Below are positions 40,314-49,517 of a stretch of 64,000 bases of DNA, in pieces. The stretch's first letter is position 1; each line of letters starts with the position of its first letter. The translations under genes were made by a program, and so were the position numbers. Location of the stretch: contig CAVSCA010000007.1 in NCBI GenBank assembly GCA_963726325.1, forward strand, positions 103,389 to 167,388, read 5' to 3'. The notes under the pieces were generated by a model. The model was not told the DNA's origin, ran no database searches, and saw only the letters and a program-made list of their open reading frames with translations. The DNA comes from an uncultured Actinomycetes bacterium. Lineage in GTDB: Bacteria; Actinomycetota; Coriobacteriia; Anaerosomatales; PHET01.

Positions 40314-41475
40314 CTACCTCAGCGCCGCCTCGCACTTCACGAGCTCGTTGGGGATGTCGATCCCCTGCGGGCACTTGGGTACGCACGCTCCGCACTTGGT
40401 GCATACCGCCGCGCTGCCGTTCGGCTTCTCCAGGTTCACCTTGGCCGGCGTCCGAGCGAGCTTGCGATAGCTGCGCTTGATGCGCCCGCTTTGCCACCCG
40501 CTGTCCTTCATGGACACGTTGTTCCAGATGGCGAAGTTCTGGGGGATGTTCACGCCGTACGGGCAGGGCATGCAGTAGCGGCACGCGGTGCAGGGCACGG
40601 CCATGCGGCGGCGATAGACGTCGGCGAGCTGCTCGACGATGTCGAGCTCGTGGGCGGTGAGCGTGCCCACACCCGAGCGATCGGCGCTGGCGCAGTTGTC
40701 GTCGACCATCTGCTGGGAGCCCATGCCGGAGAGCACCACCGCAGACCTCGGGTCGGTTCCACAGGAACTGGAGCGCCCAGTCCACCGGCGTGCGGTCCAC
40801 GCCCGACGAGCGCATGATCTCCCGGGCCTCGGCGGGCGGATCGGCCAGAGTGCCGCCCTTGAGCGGCTCCATGATGACCACCGCGATGCCCTTGCCGGCG
40901 GCGTACTCGAGCCCCTCGGTGCCCGCCTGCAGACAGGTGTCCATGTAGTTGTACTGGATCTGGCACAGGTCCCAGTCGAAGGCGTCGACGATGCTCTTGA
41001 ACACCGGCAGCGTGTCGTGGAACGAGAAGCCGATGTGCCGGATGAGGCCGGCGTCGCGCGCCTCCACCATCTTGTCGATGAGTCCGAGGCGCTGCACCTT
41101 CTCGAACCCGCCGGCGCTCATCGCGTGCAGCAGGTAGGCGTCGAGATAGTCGGTCTGCAGACGCTCGAGAGACGTCGCCAGGTACTTGTCGAAGTCCTCG
41201 GTCTTGCGGATCAGGAAGACCGGGGACTTCGTGACCAGATGCACGCGCTCGCGGTAGCCGTCCTTCAGCGCCTCGCCAACGGCCTTCTCGCTGCCGGGGT
41301 AGACGTAGGCGGTGTCGACGTAGTTGATGCCCTGGTCGATCCCGCTGCGGATGATCGCGGTGGACTTCGACTGGTCGGGGATCAGCCGATTGAAGCGCCT
41401 GCCGGGCAGCCGCATGGCGCCGAAACCGAGTGCCGAGACCGGCCACTCCAGAGAACCCATCTTGCGTTGCTTCAT
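40314..41475 (-). CDS. Aldo/keto reductase fused to a C-terminal 4Fe-4S ferredoxin-like domain, one frame break near 40740
   Basis: MKQRKMGSLEWPVSALGFGAMRL and INYVDTAYVYPGSEKAVGEAL are AKR motifs. The C-terminus has CTACRYCMPCPYGVNIP and CTKCGACVPKCPQGIDIP. Confidence 0.8.
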
Positions 41476-41648
41476 AGGTGCGTACCTCGTGGTCGTTGGT
41501 GGGCTGTGCGCGGCCGAGCAGGCCTGCGGCGTCGCAGGGTGGTGCAAGACCATGGTAGCGGTTGGAGCGGGCGTGCGAGTGGCGGCAGTCGGACTGCGCA
41601 GCGGGATGGGTACCCGGGTAGAGGTCGGACGGTCAGAGTGGGTACGTG

Positions 41649-41701
41649 CTCCTAGGAGGACCACAATCACCACCTGCGCTGACGCGGGGGCATCAGCGCA
41701 G
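41649..41701. promoter_or_regulatory. Two perfect palindromic elements in the divergent AKR / C_GCAxxG_C_C intergenic region (candidate operator or 5'-UTR hairpin)
   Basis: CTCCTAGGAG (41649-41658) is a 10-bp palindrome. CTGCGCTGA (41674-41682) and TCAGCGCAG (41693-41701) form a 9-bp inverted repeat with a 10-nt spacer, ending 20 nt upstream of ATG 41722. Confidence 0.3.
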
Positions 41702-41721
41702 TCGCGCGAAGGGACCGACAC

Positions 41722-42653
41722 ATGAGTCCCGCGAGCACGCTGCCCAATCTCCTGAGAATGGGGCACTGCGCACCGACGGTCATGCGCAGCGTAGGAGAGC
41801 TGTCCTCGCCAGATGAGGACTGGCTCGTCAGGCTCAGCGCCGGAATGCCCGGCGGTATCGGGAACACCGGATGCGAGTGCGGAGCGGTGACCTCGTCTCT
41901 GGTGCTGCTGGGCCTGCGCTACGGGCTTCGTGACGTCGACCGCGGCCTGCCGGTGATCTTCGACCGGAGCCACGCGCTGTGCCAGCGGTTCGTCGCGCGC
42001 CACCACACGCTTCAGTGCGAGGAGATCCGCGGCGACGACAGGTTCCCGAGACACTGCATCCCGCCCATCCTGGGTGCGCCCGGGCTCTTCAGAGGGCGTG
42101 ACACGCGACGGTGTCCCCGATGCCATTCCGGCGGATGCCAGGGAGGCCTACGCACGCGTGTACGCCCACATGGCGCGAGAACGAGTTCCACTGTGCCCAG
42201 GCCGTCTTCTCGCGGCTGGAGGACGTGGGCCCGCACCGCGAGGACGTGATGGACGCGGCCTCGGCGTTCATGGGCGGGACCGCGTTCATGGGGCTGACGT
42301 GCAGCGCGTATGTCGCCGGAGTCATGGCGCTCGGGCTCAGTCGCGGCGAGATCGAGAACAGCGTGCCCAGGGTCGTGCGCATGCTCTCGATGATGACGTT
42401 TGGCGGCGATGCCCTTGGAGCCGACGTCAACAAGTTCAATCCGAGTCTGATGCGGGGCTATCGGCTGTCGAGATGGTTCGCGCACGAGTTCGGCAGCACG
42501 CAGTGTCGCGAGATCACGCAGTGCGACTTCTCCACGGCGCAGGGTGCCGAGCAGTACGTGGAAGACGGTCGCATCACCGGCTGCATGGAGATCGCCGAGA
42601 AGGTGGCGGCCAAGGTCGAGCGGATGCTCGCGGCGGAGGCGAAGGCCTCATGA
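41722..42653 (+). CDS. Tandem (two-domain) C_GCAxxG_C_C family protein, 2 frame breaks (about 42085 and 42175)
   Basis: Domain 1 has HCAPTVM, GCECGAVTSS, LQCEEI and RHCIPPI. Domain 2 has FHCAQAVF, GLTCSAYVAG, TQCREIT and TGCMEIA. The frames follow ORF 41722, 42074 and 42111 in succession. Confidence 0.7.
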
Positions 42654-43127
42654 ACCCCGCGACGGTTCGGAAGGTGACATCACTCGTGATACTGGGCGCG
42701 TTTCTCGCCCTCGCCGCTCTCTCGGTCCTGGGGAATCCCGTGCTCGGCGTGCTCTTCATCGTGGTGGCGGGCGTGGTTCTGGGCCACCACGCCGTGCGCC
42801 TGTGTCCGCGCTGCTCCAACCTCGAGTGCGCGTTCAATCCTCGCTTCTCGCGGCTGCGGGCAGGTGCAGCCTGAGGAGCGATCGGCGGCCGGCGATGAAG
42901 CGTACTCGGATCTGCCGATCACGCGCACGACCGTGATCCCGCTCCTCGTGGTTGGGCCGCTCGCGTTCGTGGGTGCCTTGCAGTACAACGCGGTCGCGGC
43001 AGTGGTGGTGGGCGGTGTGGCGCTGGCCGCTCACACCGTGTTCAGGCGAATCACCTGCAGCCACTGCGGGAACGACTGCGCGGGCAACTGCAACGCGAGC
43101 TACCGCCAGTGGAAGCGCGCGCACTGA
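42650..43127 (+). CDS. Small membrane protein with two CxxC-type Cys clusters, probable frame break near 42860
   Basis: ATGA overlap with the upstream gene. The first TM pair is followed by CPRCSNLEC, and ORF 42864-43127 adds a second TM pair followed by CSHCGNDCAGNC. Confidence 0.5.
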
Positions 43128-43237
43128 GGTCTCGACGCCGTTATCTGCCCGACTGGCATGTCCCTCGCGCGTTCCTCGGATGTGGGAACAGTCACTAGGT
43201 AGAGATGCTCCAGAGTCCCTGGGGGGAGGACATCATC

Positions 43238-44003
43238 ATGAACGCACGACACTGGCGTCAGCGTAGGCTGACGCTCCTCGTCGTCGCGGTGGTTGTCGTC
43301 GGAATGCTGCTCGCGCTTCCGTCGGCGGCCTATGCCGCGAAGGCCACGACACGGATCGTGGCGGTCAAGACCATGACGGTGAATCGGAACACGCCGGGAG
43401 TGAATCCCTGGCCCAAGCCGCTGGCCGTCAAGCTGCAGAAGAGAATCACCCGCACGCACTACCATGCGTTGAGCGGCACGGTGAAGCTGTATCGGTTCGA
43501 CCCGATGTACGGCAAATCGGGCTCGTATCGGCTGGGTGGCGACCAAGAAGGGCTCGAGCCTGACGTTCTCCTTGCCCGGCCGCGGCAAGTACAAGCTCTA
43601 CTACGCAGGGACGTCGAAGACCAAGCCGGCCACCGCCTACACGGGCGTGTACGAGACCATCGGAATGACCATCAGCGCGCCGGATATCACGATCGAGCCG
43701 ATTCCCGCTACGACGCAGTCGTGGGTCAACGTGAAGTACGACGTCAACTGGAACACCGAGGCCGTGGGCGAAGTCGCTCTCTGGCACGAGCAGGCCTTCA
43801 AGGATGGCGACAACTACCGGTCCTACATCGGGTCCGAGCACTCGTGCGTGGCGCCCGGGGTGGTAGAGCTCAACCACAAGGTCGAGAACTCCGACATATC
43901 CAGCACCCTGTGGACCTGGAGATCAGGGTTCGTGTGGTGGTACCTTAGAGGCGCCTACGTGAAGACGCCGGCAGGCGTCGAGACGGACTACTCCGTGCCG
44001 TAG
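43238..44003 (+). CDS. Secreted protein of unknown function, paralog B of 19890-20650, one frame break near 43530
   Basis: ATG follows GGGGGGAGGA, with signal peptide MNARHWRQRRLTLLVVAVVVVGMLLALPSAAYAAKA. ORF 43205-43948 joins ORF 43536-44003 (SYRL / VATKKGSSLTFSLPG). Confidence 0.65.
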
Positions 44004-44329
44004 TCGGCGACGCGAGCAGGGAACGGAGACGCTAGACCGCCGCGGCTTCGAGGGCGCCGCGAAGCTCGCGCACCAGCCGGGCTGCGGCGGCAACCGGGTC
44101 TCGTCCCTCTGCGCTTCGGCGGCTCGGACTGTCCCGGCCGAGATGACCGAGACACTCGAGCGTGCGTTCGCTGCCGAGGGCGCCTCGGCCCCACAACCCG
44201 AATGGGCCTGGAGTCTCGCATCAGTGCGACAATAGGCGCGAACGTCCCTCGCTGGCCGAGCGCGAGGCCGGGCATGCGAGTACTTCTCGGGACCGCAATG
44301 AAAGCTCCGCGCAGAGATGTGAGGTTGAG

Positions 44330-45370
44330 TTGAAGATAGGACTCGTCGGCTTCGCCGGCTCGGGCAAGACCACGGTGTTCAACACGATGACCGGCCTGAA
44401 CGTGCCCGTCGGCTACGGCGGCGAGGTGCGGCTCGGGACCGTGCGCGTGCCCGACGAGCGCATCGATCGGCTCTCGGGCATGTTCAACCCGAAGAAGACG
44501 ATCTACGCCGAGGTGACCTTCTGCGACGTGCCCGGCGAGCACGGAGCGCAACGCAGCGGGCTGTCGACGCGAGCGCTTGCGACGATCCGCGAGCAAGAAG
44601 CGCTCGCACTCGTGCTGCGCGACTTCGAGGACCCGGCGGTCGAGGGCGACGCCGACCCCCTCCGGGACCTGAACGCCTTCTCGGACGAGTGCGTCCTGGC
44701 CGATCTCGGAATCGTCGAGGGGCTGCTCGCGCGGGCGCGAAAGGAGAACGCGCCGCCGGCCGACCGCGAACGCCTCGAGCGGATGCAGGCCGTCCTGGAG
44801 GACGGCAGGCCGCTGCGCACGCTCTCTGCCGACGAGCTCGATCGCGACAACCTCAAGGGCTATCAGCTTCTCACCGACCGCCCGCTGCTCGTGGTCGTGA
44901 ACCGCGACGAGGACCGGGCCGCCGACCCGCTTCCCGGCGACCTGGCAGCGCGCGTCGACGAGCTCGGCGCCGCGGGTCTGGCGCTCTCGGCGAGCGTCGA
45001 GGCGGAGATCGCCGCGCTCGAATCCGCAGACCAGGCGGTATTCCTGCAGGACCTGGGCCTGACCGAGTCGGCGCTCGCGCGCTTCATCCGCACCGCCTAC
45101 GGGCTGCTGGACCTCATCAGCTTCTTCACGGTGGGCGAGGACGAGGTGCGCGCGTGGACGATCACGCGCGGGATGAACGCCCGCAAGGCCGCCGGCAAGA
45201 TCCACTCGGACCTCGAACGCGGCTTCATCCGCGCCGAGGTCATGCCCTACGAGCTGTTCATCGAGCACGGCAGCGAGCAGGCCCTGAAGGCGGCGGGGCT
45301 CTTCCAGATCGAGGGCAAGGACTACATCGTCGCCGACGGCGACATCATGAACATCCGTTTCAACGTGTAG
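44330..45370 (+). CDS. ychF: YchF/OLA1-family ribosome-binding ATPase (divergent)
   Basis: TTG start. (M)KIGLVGFAGSGKTT is the P-loop. The C-terminus FFTVGEDEVRAWTITRGMNARKAAGKIHSDLERGFIRAEV...IVADGDIMNIRFNV is typical of the YchF C-terminal domain. Confidence 0.8.
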   Translation: MKIGLVGFAGSGKTTVFNTMTGLNVPVGYGGEVRLGTVRVPDERIDRLSGMFNPKKTIYAEVTFCDVPGEHGAQRSGLSTRALATIREQEALALVLRDFEDPAVEGDADPLRDLNAFSDECVLADLGIVEGLLARARKENAPPADRERLERMQAVLEDGRPLRTLSADELDRDNLKGYQLLTDRPLLVVVNRDEDRAADPLPGDLAARVDELGAAGLALSASVEAEIAALESADQAVFLQDLGLTESALARFIRTAYGLLDLISFFTVGEDEVRAWTITRGMNARKAAGKIHSDLERGFIRAEVMPYELFIEHGSEQALKAAGLFQIEGKDYIVADGDIMNIRFNV

Positions 45371-45453
45371 CCGAAGAAGTCGTCGAAAGAAAGTTCAAGA
45401 AATCGCTAAAGTCCTCGACGGAAGCTGCCGATAGAAGATTGATGGGGCGGGCT

Positions 45454-45480
45454 GGCCAGTTGGCTGGCCCTTTCTCTTTG
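45454..45480 (+). terminator. Candidate intrinsic terminator after ychF
   Basis: The hairpin GGCCAG-TTGG-CTGGCC (45454-45469) is followed by CTTTCTCTTTG. Confidence 0.45.
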
Positions 45481-45595
45481 TGCCGGCGACGTCACACTCA
45501 CTCGCCACGGGCACGCCCTCCGAGGCCTCACCAACCGCGTCTCCCTCGCGTGGCCGTCCCGTATCGCCGCCTGCGGGTATCATCGTGGGGCGAGC

Positions 45596-45952
45596 ATGCA
45601 AGGGGGCGGTTCGATGCAAGGCGACGGCCTGAACCTCGACGTGGCCAGCGACTACCTGCGAGATGAGTTCCCTCGGCTGGCCGATGAGGGCGAGTTGTGG
45701 TGTGTCGTGGATGCGCTCTGGGCGCAAGACCCCGAGACACCCGATGATGAACCGCACGTCGGGGCAAGGGCTCACAGAGGGCTGAGGGTCGCGGGCGTCC
45801 TTGTGGTCATCGTCGCGCTACTTGCATACTTCGTGATCCCCTTCGGCACTCCACTGTTCGGCGGTCACTATCGATGGCGGCGGCCGAGCACGGGAATACG
45901 CGCCATACCTGTCGCACCCAAGCACGCTGACGAGCCCAAGCGCGCCGTCTGA
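45596..45952 (+). CDS. Hypothetical protein with one TM segment
   Basis: 118-aa ORF with an acidic N-terminal part and the TM VAGVLVVIVALLAYFVIPFG. I recognise no family. Confidence 0.35.
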   Translation: MQGGGSMQGDGLNLDVASDYLRDEFPRLADEGELWCVVDALWAQDPETPDDEPHVGARAHRGLRVAGVLVVIVALLAYFVIPFGTPLFGGHYRWRRPSTGIRAIPVAPKHADEPKRAV

Positions 45953-46026
45953 GGGATAAGCTGCACAATACGTCTATGGGCTCCACCAATGCCGCGTGGA
46001 GCTCGATCACGGGAGGTAGACAGTAC

Positions 46027-47699
46027 ATGGCCCAGCTCGTCGAGTGCGTTCCGAACTTCTCGGAAGGTCGTGACCGAGACAAGATCGACGCCATCACGCA
46101 GGTGATCGAGTCGACAGAGGGCGTCCGCCTGCTCGACGTGGATCCCGGGGCCGACACCAACCGCACCGTGGTCACCTTCGTCGGCTCGCCGCAGGCCGTG
46201 GCCGAGGCGGCGTTTCGCGCCATCAAGCGCGCGGCCGAGGTCATCGACATGCGGCAGCACACCGGCGCGCACCCGCGCATGGGCGCCACCGACGTGTGCC
46301 CGTTCGTCCCCCTCGAGGGAGTGACGATGGAGGAGTGCGTCGAGCTGGCCCGCTCGGTGGGAGAGCGGGTCGGCCGAGAGCTGGGCATCCCGATCTACCT
46401 CTACGAAGAGGCCGCTACCCGCCCGCGAGCGACGCAACCTCGCCGAGGTGCGCAAGGGCGAGTACGAGGGGCTGCCCCAGAAGCTGGCCGACCCCGACTG
46501 GGCGCCGGACTTCGGCCCTTCGGCCTTCAACGCCTCGGCAGGCACGACGCTGATCGGCGCGCGCGAGTTCCTCATCGCCTACAACGTCAACCTCAACACC
46601 AAGGACAAGCGGCTCGCCACGCAGATCGCGCAGGTCATCCGCGAGAGCGGCTAGCCCAGGAAGGACGCCGCAGGCAACTTCGTCCTCGACGATCGCGGCG
46701 AGAAGGTGATGGAGCCGGGGCGGCTGCGCTACGTCAAGGGGACCGGCTGGTACATCGACGAGTACGGGCTCGCGCAGGTCTCGGTCAACCTCACCAACTA
46801 CAAGGTCACCCCGGTGCACGTCGCCTTCGACGAGTGCGTCGCACGAGGCCGAGAAGCTCGGTCTGCGCGTGACCGGCAGCGAGCTCGTGGGGCTCATCCC
46901 CAAGCAGGCCCTGCTGATGGCCGGGCGCTACTACCTCGAGAAGCAGGGCGTCTCGGCAGGACAGCCCGAGGCCGATCTGATCGAGGCCGCGGTCCTCTCG
47001 CTGGGCCTGGACCAGCTCGGCCCCTTCGACCCGAAGAAGAAGGTCGTCGAGTACGCGGTGCTCGACGAGCCCCGGCTCGCCTCGATGTCGGCGCGGGAGT
47101 TCGTCGACGTGCTCTCGACCGCGTCGCCCACGCCGGGCGGGGGCTCGGTGGCCGCGCTGTGCGGCTCGCTGGGCGCCGCGCTGGCCGCGATGGTGGGCAA
47201 CCTCACCGTGGGCAAGAAGGGCTACGGGGAGCAGGAAGCCGAGATGCGCCGCGTGGCCGATGAGGGCCAGGCGCTCAAAGACGAGCTTCTGGCGGCGGTC
47301 GACCGCGACTCGGCCGCCTACGATGCGGTCATGGCCGCGATGCGGCTGCCCAAGAAGACGCCCGAGGAGACCGAAGCGCGCCTGGCTGCGATGGCGGCCG
47401 CCAACCGCCAGGCCACGATGGTGCCGCTCGAGGTGATGCGCGCCACCGCCAAGGTGGCCGAGCTTGCCGAGCAGGTGGGCGAGCACGGCTTCAAGCCGTC
47501 GCTGTCCGATGCGGGGGTCGCCGCCGCGTGCGCGCGTACCGCTTCGATCGGCGCCTACCTCAACGTCCTGATCAACCTGGGCCAGCTCGAGGACCGCGAG
47601 TTCGTGGAGTCGGTCGCGGCCGAGGCGCTGGCGCTTCGGGACGCCACGGTGGCGCGCTGCGACGCGGTGGTCGAGCAGGTCACCGCGGCGTTGGGGTAA
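46027..47699 (+). CDS. ftcD: Bifunctional glutamate formimidoyltransferase / formimidoyl-THF cyclodeaminase, 2 frame breaks (about 46420 and 46855) and one in-frame TAG (46652-46654)
   Basis: MAQLVECVPNFSEGRD, GAHPRMGATDVCPF and GTGWYIDEYGLAQVSVNL are transferase motifs. SPTPGGGSVAALCGSLGAALAAMV is the cyclodeaminase motif. Confidence 0.85.
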
Positions 47700-47710
47700 G
47701 GTCGGAGCGC

Positions 47711-48073
47711 CTACTCCTCCGGCAGCCTGACGTCGAGCTCGCGCAGCAGCCGACGGGCTTCCTTGCGGACCATCGGGTCGTCGTCCTCGAGCAGGCCGCG
47801 CAGCGTGCGGATCGCATCGGACGCGGTGTCGGCGAGCTGCTCGAGCGCCTGGAGGCGCTGCGGCGTGTCGTCCGACCAGCGCGCCCGGTCCCTCGGCGAC
47901 GACGCCCTGCTCGGCGAGATGCGCAGCATGTGCGGGCTCTCGGCGAACTCAGGGATGCCGTCGTCCTCGAAAGCCTCGGGCCGGATGCCGCCGGGCGCTG
48001 CGAACAGCTCCTCGATGGGTCGCTCCGCATACGCGCGCGGGGGCGGGCCGGAGCGCTTACGCCCCGCTGGCAT
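47711..48073 (-). CDS. Small protein with a HEAT-like C-terminal repeat; either a separate gene or the C-terminal part of the XRE regulator
   Basis: 120-aa ORF ending ...LLEDDDPMVRKEARRLLRELDVRLPEE. Its ATG overlaps the end of the XRE reading frame by 17 nt, and the RBS is weak. Confidence 0.45.
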   Translation of the reverse strand: MPAGRKRSGPPPRAYAERPIEELFAAPGGIRPEAFEDDGIPEFAESPHMLRISPSRASSPRDRARWSDDTPQRLQALEQLADTASDAIRTLRGLLEDDDPMVRKEARRLLRELDVRLPEE

Positions 48074-48327
48074 CTCGGCTGTCGTACGCCGACCGCTCTC
48101 GGCGTGCGGAGTGCTCGTAGTCGAGCGCGTCCATCAGCAGCCGCGGGCTCGATCCCCAGCACCTCGGCGATACGCAGCGTGTTGCTGGGGTTGGGGAGGC
48201 GCCGGCCGCTCTCGATGTGAGACAGCGCGCCCGGGGTGACGCCGACCTGCTCGGCAACGTCCTCGAGCGTGAGCCCGGGCCGCTTCCGAGCCTCGCGGAT
48301 AATCATCCCCACCTTGGTGCCACCCAT
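48057..48327 (-). CDS. XRE-family helix-turn-helix regulator, one frame break near 48148
   Basis: MGGTKVGMIIREARKRPGLTLEDVAEQVGVTPGALSHIESGRRLPNPSNTLRIAEVLGIEP continues as RLLMDALDYEHS... in the frame of ORF 48057-48257. GGGAGG lies upstream. Confidence 0.75.
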
Positions 48328-48350
48328 CGCGCACACCTCCCTACCAGCAG

Positions 48351-48379
48351 ACTATACCACTTTGCACATTGACTTGACA
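48351..48379 (-). promoter_or_regulatory. Candidate sigma-70-type promoter for the XRE gene (extended -10)
   Basis: On the minus strand: TGTCAA (complement of 48374-48379), a 17-nt spacer, then TGG-TATAGT (complement of 48351-48359). Confidence 0.5.
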
Positions 48380-48402
48380 GTATATATACAGATGGGTATA
48401 GT
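48374..48402 (+). promoter_or_regulatory. Near-consensus sigma-70-type promoter for the vWA operon
   Basis: TTGACA (48374-48379), a 17-nt spacer, then TATAGT (48397-48402), in the only AT-rich stretch of this region. The leader of about 100 nt ends in AGGAGG before ATG 48507. Confidence 0.65.
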
Positions 48403-48506
48403 ACATGCAGAGGTGGGACACCGGGCTATGCGAGACGGCCGCTCGGACACGTTCGATGTCAGACCCTCGTGGTATCCATGGAGCTATTCCATAGGAGGTG
48501 TGTGAC

Positions 48507-49249
48507 ATGGCCAAGAAAGCCGAGCAGCCCGCGAACGATGCCCAGAACCGCAGCATCCTGATCAACTTCGTGCTCGACAAGTCCGGTTCGATGCAAAGCG
48601 TGCGCGACGCGACGATCTCCGGGTTCAACGAGTTCAAGAACGACCAGGCACGCGAGGAGGGCAACGCGTTCTTCACGCTGACGCTCTTCGACACGCGGTT
48701 CATGACCGTCGGCCGAGGCGGTGCCGGTCCGAGAGGTGCCCGACCTCGACCGCTCCAGCTACGACCCTGACGGGATGACCGCGCTCTACGACGCGATCGG
48801 CTACACGATGCGCATCACCGATGACTTCGTGGCCGCGAACAAGCCCGACCAGGTGCTGTTCGTGATCATGACCGACGGTGCCGAGAACTCGAGCCGCGAG
48901 TTCACGAGCGACCGGATCTACCAGATGATCCAGGACCGCCAGAAGCTCGCCAGCTACGAGTTCATCTACCTGGGTGCGAACCAGGACAGCTACGTGACGA
49001 GCCAGCAGATGGGGATGCGGCAGGGCCGCTCTGTCGACTACGCCGCGACGCACGACGGCTCGACTCGCCGCGATGAAGAGGGCGTCGGGGAACGTCCACG
49101 CGTATCGGCGCCACGGTATCTCGCAGCGCGAGGACTTCTTCAGCCCCGAGCTCGAGGCGTTGGGCGACATCGACCCGATGGTGTGGAAGCAGATGTCCGC
49201 CGAGGAGAAGAAGCGCCACCTCGATCAGGGACACGGCAGGGGCGCGTAG
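48507..49249 (+). CDS. Cytoplasmic von Willebrand factor type A (vWA) domain protein, 2 frame breaks (about 48715 and 49075)
   Basis: No signal peptide. FVLDKSGSM is the MIDAS DxSxS motif; also present are PDGMTALYDAIG and VIMTDGAENSS. The tail ...FFSPELEALGDIDPMVWKQMSAEEKKRHLDQGHGRGA lies in the third frame and ends at TAG 49247-49249. Confidence 0.7.
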
Positions 49250-49263
49250 CGGGGTGAGCGGCG

Positions 49264-49440
49264 ATGACCGCGAAGAAGAAGGACGAGCGCTCGCCTGTCG
49301 GCGACGGCGGGCGCAAGCCTGCCGAGGTCAGGCTCTACGAGATGCCCGAGGATCTCGACGAGATGAGCGACGAAGAGCGCAAAGAACTGGCCAAACGGAT
49401 CTGGAGGGGCTTCACCGCGAGCGTCGAGAAAGACGCCTAA
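49264..49440 (+). CDS. 58-aa charged small protein
   Basis: MTAKKKDERSPVGDGGRKPAEVRLYEMPEDLDEMSDEERKELAKRIWRGFTASVEKDA. It starts 15 nt after the vWA stop and is more plausible than the overlapping Arg-rich ORF 49254-49454. Confidence 0.45.
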   Translation: MTAKKKDERSPVGDGGRKPAEVRLYEMPEDLDEMSDEERKELAKRIWRGFTASVEKDA

Positions 49441-49474
49441 GACCTAGCGGGTAGAGTCGGTGTCGATGACTGCA

Positions 49475-49504
49475 AAGGGCCTCGGCGGGGGAGCCGGGGC
49501 CCTT
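49475..49504 (+). other. Strong GC-rich hairpin between the small gene and the HD gene
   Basis: AAGGGCCTCGGC (49475-49486) pairs with GCCGGGGCCCTT (49493-49504) over 12 bp with one G-U pair and a GGGGGA loop. No U tract follows. Confidence 0.5.
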
Positions 49505-49517
49505 CGGTGACGAAGGA

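Noticed and set aside
46652-46654. The in-frame TAG in ftcD as pyrrolysine or a programmed read-through signal
   Set aside because: There are no pyl genes and no suppressor tRNA in the window, and the nearby tRNA-like relic has a UGC loop, not CUA. It is a single occurrence in an error-prone assembly, so a substitution error or a nonsense mutation is more parsimonious.
49475-49504. The hairpin as a canonical rho-independent terminator between the small ORF and the HD gene
   Set aside because: The stem is strong but is followed by CGGTGACG rather than a U tract. I kept it only as a structural element, possibly an attenuator or processing/stability site.
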